DNA from: Adineta vaga
Lineage: Eukaryota > Animalia > Rotifera
Direction of reading: 5' to 3'
Length of the DNA: 64,000 nt
Assembly: GCA_021613535.1 (NCBI GenBank)
Contig: CP075495.1
Coordinates: 6,386,001-6,450,000 of the forward strand
The notes below the pieces were generated by a model that had not been told where the DNA came from, did not search any database, and saw only the letters and a program-made list of their open reading frames with translations. Both the position numbers and the translations under genes were made by a program. Positions 57,995 through 64,000 of this stretch are shown in pieces. Position 1 is the first letter of the stretch. Each line of letters starts with the position of its first letter.

Positions 57995-60900
57995 TCTTGT
58001 TCTTGTCTGTTCGAAAGATGATATGAAAATCGAATGAATGAAACTCGAAATAATACTACCTTTATATAAAGTTAAGAAAAGATATGACTTTTTCAAACGA
58101 AATTTATGCGTGGTAGTAACGTTAGTCATGTGTATGTGTGTACGAGTATACTTTAAGTTTAACACCACGCAAAGATCATATTGATCCTCTCGATTTTTTC
58201 TGTGGCCGTGCTGTTTTTTTTCTTCGTTAATCAGAAATCTGTGGGCGATATTGTAATCTTCTTGTTGCCTATTTTGATGTTTTTATTACAATTCACTTTT
58301 CGTAAAGAAATCAAAGCAAAGGACAAAGATGAGGGACACGAATACAAAGAGACTTGTGGGTCGTAAGATGATATTTGATTTAGACGAACATTCAGCGTTC
58401 GATAATCCTTTCCTTTTCAATCATCAATATTATTGTATTTTTACAAATAAGATAAAGAATGTATATAACAGTATTATTCAAAACAATAATACCGCCACAT
58501 GGTGAGATTCATGTGATTAATAACAAAGCCTTTTATTTTATTAGATTTTATCTTCAAGAAAAAAAAACAAATTCGTGACATTTTGCTATATAAACTATAT
58601 TGTGAAAATAAGTCAAAAAATATTTCAGTTGAACATAATGAGATTGTAATCTTATTATACAAATGAATGTAGTGCATTTCATAGAATAATTCAATTAAAG
58701 CCATAAATTGAACGATTTATTAAACAATTCAATAATATCAAGTAAAGAAATCTCGCTATAAGTAAGATGATTTCTTGGTATGATAATTAAATTAGTTGTC
58801 AGTTTGAAAGATCAATTATTCAGCAGCACATAGAAATTTTAGAATTAACATGGATCTTTAGGAGGAAAATCAAGTCGGCAAATTTTCTAGGCATTATTAT
58901 CCTTGGAAATATGCTCTCAAATTATCACACTAATTGTATATTTGAAAGCTGATAACATCAATTTTCACAATACTTTTTAATAATAATATGAGACAGATTA
59001 TAGAACGTGCCATTTTATTTTGTATATAATTTAGCTTATTCTCTCTAGTGTTTCTAAAAAAAACACCAAAACTTAAATCATCATACTTTTTTTCCAAAGA
59101 GAAAATAATTTATTTATCTAAACTCGACGATCATCTTATCTCTCTCTCTTGTTGTTTATTAAATCATTTTCAATTCCGTCAAATTATTCTTTATCAAACA
59201 GTTTGGCAACGAAATGAGAAATCATGTAATACGATTTCATACGGCAAAACTTTTGAACAATAATCAATTAGCACTAATAATCCTTCGATCGTTTTTCAGT
59301 TCATGAACAATCGCACTGATTGTTTACATTAGTTTGAGAACGTAAAAATAATTAAACTTCACACATTGTCAATGCCGCTTTTGTTTTCTCAACTTTAACA
59401 ATCATTAATATCTTTCATATAATAGTAAATACATCTTTCTAATTATATATTCGGACGCATTCTTTCTATTTGAATAAGGGTGATTGTAACAATTCTTTTC
59501 ATTTATTATCAACGACGTTGACAGAACGGAAAACGGGGTTTTAGTGCAGACATTATAGTTGCTACTCTAAAATTCTTTTCGTGTTGTTTTCTTTTTATTC
59601 CAAGAGAGAGAGCATGCACGTCGACAGTGTTATAGTCTTTTGTCAACCAGGAGTAGTGAGCACACACACACATATATATATATATTTTTCTTTTTTTTGC
59701 GATAAAAGAGAAAAGACAGTCGAGCGAGAAGAGAGTATAAAAAAAAGATAATTCAAAAAGGCATACTCCTAACACAAGGACATCAAATGAATAATAGCTA
59801 GTCTTGTCTTTCATCTTTCTTCCTCTGGGCTGTCGTATGAGGTGTTGATGTGCATAGGTTACTAGTAAAGTGAGTGTCACTTGATTTCAAGTATATAACC
59901 GTTCATTCAATATGATAGATAAGAAGGTAAAGAAAATGCCTAAGGCAATCATCATTTTTTCTCCTTTTTCAGAGTTTTCCTGATCTTCTTCTTCCCTCTC
60001 TCTCTCTCTCCCTTTTCATCGTTTTCTTGATTGCATCAATGCACATGCACGCACAGGAAATTTGCTACTATGATCATCTATTCTGACTGTTTTTCTCCCT
60101 TTTCTTCTTTCCCTCTCTCTCTCTCTGTCTATAAGCTGTTTCACCAGCGAAGGGCATATGGGCATACAAGGTCCCTACAATGACAAGTATCATCTAATCT
60201 TCTCGATATGAGCCCCTGAGAGCATACTAGAAAAAACAATATATATAAATGTGAGTATAGAAAGTTTTCTCTTTTTCTTTCCAGTTTTGAATGTGTTGGA
60301 GTCGTTCATCTATTTCTTTATCTATTGACAAACAATTAAAAGATATTGGCTGTTTTTTTCTGTTGTCTTTTGTTATTGAAGCGGATTAGACAAGCAAAAA
60401 GAGAGACCGAAAAGACGATGGCATTCATAGAAGAATGCATAGTATATTTGTTAACTTGAATCAGGATTGGGCTTATTCATTCAAGCAAATGAAATCGAAA
60501 CCAACCGATGAACAACCTAATTGAACGCCATACGAGTAGATAGAAGGAAAAAAAGATGCAACATGACATTTTGACAGAAGTTCAGTCATCATCAACGTCA
60601 TATAAACAGAGAAACGTACTATTTATTGATGGTCATAGCATCATATATATATATATATATATGTGTGTGTAACAGCCGGCATACATCTTGATTACATGAG
60701 AGACGAAGGAAAACGAATGTTAGTATGTATATTAATGGCAATCATTTGCTTTTTTTCTCCTTCTTGATCGTGTAAGAAAACTCTTTGCGGTTATATAGAA
60801 TAGCTAACAAATAAGATCATTATCTCCGTTGTACAGTAACAAAGAAGTATGTAGACTGATGCTATTTAGTTTATACTAATACTCTGATTCTTCTAATCAA

Positions 60901-61150
60901 ATGAGAACGAGAAGAAAAAATCGGCTAACGAGAAAGAATAGAATGAAGAAAATCATTCCGACTTGTTCTTCCTCTAGCATCTCAATTACATCATGACAAA
61001 AGAAAAAAACAGATGAATTATGTTAGAAAGAACATACAAAAGAAAATGACGACGACGAAGAGAAGAGAAGCTAAAGAAAAGAAGGAAAAAATAAGTATGT
61101 ATTAGTTGATTCTTTAGATGTTCTATTGAATACGACAGGATTAATACAAA

Positions 61151-61993
61151 ATGAAACCATCACTAAATCCAACATGTGATGGAGGAAATCGAACATTACG
61201 TTGGTCGCAATTTTGTGATGGAATATTTGATTGCCGTGATCATTTTGATGAAGAAGGCCATTTTTGTAGTAAGTTTAAACTAATTACATATTTATTCTTT
61301 CCTATTCAACATTATCAATTCTTTATTTTCTTTGAAATAGAACTTTGTATTAACAATCTTTATTCATGTTCATCGAAAGATGAATTACGCTGTGATTTAG
61401 CATGTAAAGCACTACAATATGTACCTTGTCAAACCATACAAGATCGTCGTGCGTGTCTTCGTCTTCAACAAAACTGTATGAAATTTAATTGAATTCGAAA
61501 AAAGAAAAAGAAAATAATTCCTATCTACTTATAGATGATAATTTTTCCCCTTATCGATTGCTCACAGATATTAATTTCTATATTGGTAGATAAAATTCTT
61601 GATATTTTCAAGCTTATAAATAGCTTTCTCTTCTTATCATTTAGCTGTTGCAATAGCTACCATTATTATTCTTCTTGTTGCTACCGGTATTACAATACTA
61701 ATCAAATATTTTATTCGTACACAGAGACAACGTATAATGAGATTTTCTTCTAAAGTATAAAAACCTTTTATTTATTATTCAAGTTCGATTCTCTCTTCTA
61801 CTTTTTCTTTTAGACCTTACACCTTCCCACTGCTCCACCAGCTCCACCACCGCCGTATTTATCAACTCCTCATCGATCAATAGAACGAGATACTTTATCG
61901 AATCATATCTATGAACAATGTTATGAACCACCACCATATAAAGATGCACATAAATATCCAATGACAAGAACTTATTATGAACATGTATTATGA
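61151..61993 (+). CDS. Single-pass membrane protein with an LDL-receptor class A-like module and cytoplasmic PPxY motifs (LDLRAD-like)
   Basis: FCDGIFDCRDHFDE, TM AVAIATIIILLVATGITILIKYF, tail PPPPYL...EPPPYK...YYEHVL*. The 5' end is uncertain. Confidence 0.7.
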
Positions 61994-62070
61994 TATCTAA
62001 ACGTGAAGAATTCTATCGTATTTTGTTTATTTGCTACTATAAGACGACAACAACAAAAAACATCTATATA

Positions 62071-62963
62071 TCAAGAATCTAGAAATTCTTTTTCATCTGT
62101 ACTTGTAAATATTCGAATGGCATGAATATTTGGTAATTGTTTACTAAGTGCATCAGATACTAAACGATGTTGATTAACAGTACGCATACTAGCAAATTCA
62201 TCGGTGACAACAACGATTTCATAACTTGCACCACAACCAGCTAAAAAACAGAAATAAAATCACTGTCGTTTTTTTTGTACTATCATTGATTCATGTATTT
62301 TAAAATATCTTTATTTTTATTCTTCAGTCTGAATGACAATCGCAATTATCATTAGTTCTAAATGAAGGAATGGATTAAATATATGTAATTGTCTGTTAAC
62401 ATATGCAATCAGTTGGGAATAAATGAAGGTTTTTTTCTTCTTCATCGATGAATAATATGGTAACATCTATTCATCAATAGAATAGTTCTTTTTTCTGATG
62501 AAAGACAGATCTCAAACTTGAATGAATACTATTCATACCAATTCTATTTCACTATACACTTATTGAATAGATTTTTTCCGATACACTGGTTCGGAAAACT
62601 GATACAGTTGGATTAGTCGATTGCCAAAAGTAATTTCATTTCTAAAGGAAGTTTATATCGATGATTCAACTCTTACTAATTCTATTCCATATAGGCACTT
62701 AATCTCGATATTGTTGTAGTATTTATCATTCGGATTTTAGTGAGTATGAAAGAATAATTATGGAAATCAATTTCATATTTACATGAAGTATCTTTTACAT
62801 TAACAAGACGAGCATTTGGAAAACGATTTTTTAAAACATCATTTATTTGTCTTTCCCCATCTGTCTGTGATGATGTATTGACATTGGCATATCGTAAGAA
62901 ATTCAAAGTCTTTTGATTTGTTATTAAATTCGAAAGACGAAAACGATTCATATACGATAACAT
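62071..62963 (-). CDS. BolA family protein with a mitochondrial presequence (BOLA3-like)
   Basis: Two exons: ...VNVKDTS|xGCGASYEIVVVTDEFASMRTVNQHRLVSDAL...IHAIRIFT. Arg-rich N-terminus. Confidence 0.88.
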
Positions 62964-63349
62964 GATCTACAATGTAATATATTTATATATATATATATGT
63001 ATAAGATAGAAATATTTTTATATTTATTTAGCTCTTTCAAAATCCAGAAAACAAACGCAAAGGTACATGTTAACGCTAAATATATGTATAAATAAAGAAG
63101 GCTGATCAACAAGCAGAGAAGAAAAAAAAAATTAAACAACGATTTTCGTCCTTTCATTGTTGTTCTCTTTCTATACAAAATTACATAGACGCACGAAAAA
63201 TAAACTTTCTTTTATGGAAATATGAACACAAAAATCGAGATAAGAAGAAACAAAACAAATTTCAATTAAAGTTTATATGAGATATTTGGCTTGTATTTTC
63301 TTCTCTATGTTGCTAGTTACTATTTAATAAAGTATTAGAGATAGAAAGA

Positions 63350-64000
63350 TCATAATTTAGTCACTTGAACTAATGGATTGGCTGAAGATTGATTTGAATG
63401 AGTAGAATTGATGTTCGAATGAAGATGAATTTTATTCGATAATCTTCCAAAACGTAAGTCAACACATAAGTCTTCAATACGTTCATTTTCATTTTCAATA
63501 TTACGTTTAATTGCTTCGATTTTTGTCTAAAGAAGAGAACAATATTTTTTTAGTCAAAATATTATCATTTTAGATTTTCTGTCATACCTCTAGTTGATTA
63601 TTCAGTTTAATTGTATTTAATAATTCTTGTAAAATATCTACAGTTTGATTAGATGCTATTTCATTATCCGTTGTTGTTGTTGTTGTTGTTGTCATGACTG
63701 GAGTTATATTTGATAAATCTAATGGTTTTTCATTCATTTGATGTTCTAATTTTGTTAGATTTTCTTTTTCATTCATAAATGAATTGTAAATTGTTTTCAC
63801 TATGAAATAGAATACTTTTTATATATAAAGAAAAACGAATATTCTTACATTGAGCAATAAGACGGGCTTCAATGATTTTTTCTCTTAATAATTCTTCTTC
63901 TGAAATACTATTATTACTATCAATTGCTCGTTGTATTTGAGCAAGTAGTTCATCATCATCGGTTTCGACACCACTTCGTTCACGTTGCCGGATCGGTCTT
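63350..64000 (-). CDS. 3' exons of an unidentified gene (coiled-coil C-terminus) entering from the right edge
   Basis: Three GT-AG-linked exons: RPIRQRERSGVETDDDELL...; KTIYNSF...QLE; TKIEAIKRNIEMK...PLVQVTKL*. Confidence 0.65.

Overview
AT-rich (roughly 30% GC, estimated by eye) eukaryotic genomic DNA with many short GT-AG introns (~50-80 nt) and tightly packed genes. It is clearly animal (innexin, KDM5, DENND2, animal-type hexosaminidase), yet it also carries several intron-containing genes from families normally absent from animals: a KUP/HAK K+ transporter, a PRISE-type SDR, a hevein/CBM18 protein and a bacterial-type GH20. This combination points to a bdelloid rotifer (inference). About 22 protein-coding loci can be reconstructed by hand. 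The most striking hidden feature is at 25820-26776 (-). Two ORF-track entries there are one in-frame gene joined by a TGA in the motif GSYS-TGA-PP, the active-site position of iodothyronine deiodinases, and two SECIS-like hairpins lie in its 3' UTR. It looks like a soluble, non-metazoan-type deiodinase-like selenoprotein. Also notable: a mosaic secreted prepro-protein (2x hevein + knottin + putative amidated amphipathic tail), a gene-poor island (~13.1-21.7 kb) with foldback elements and decayed genes, and a chitin-related theme across four loci. All exon boundaries and family assignments were read by eye; no database searches were run.
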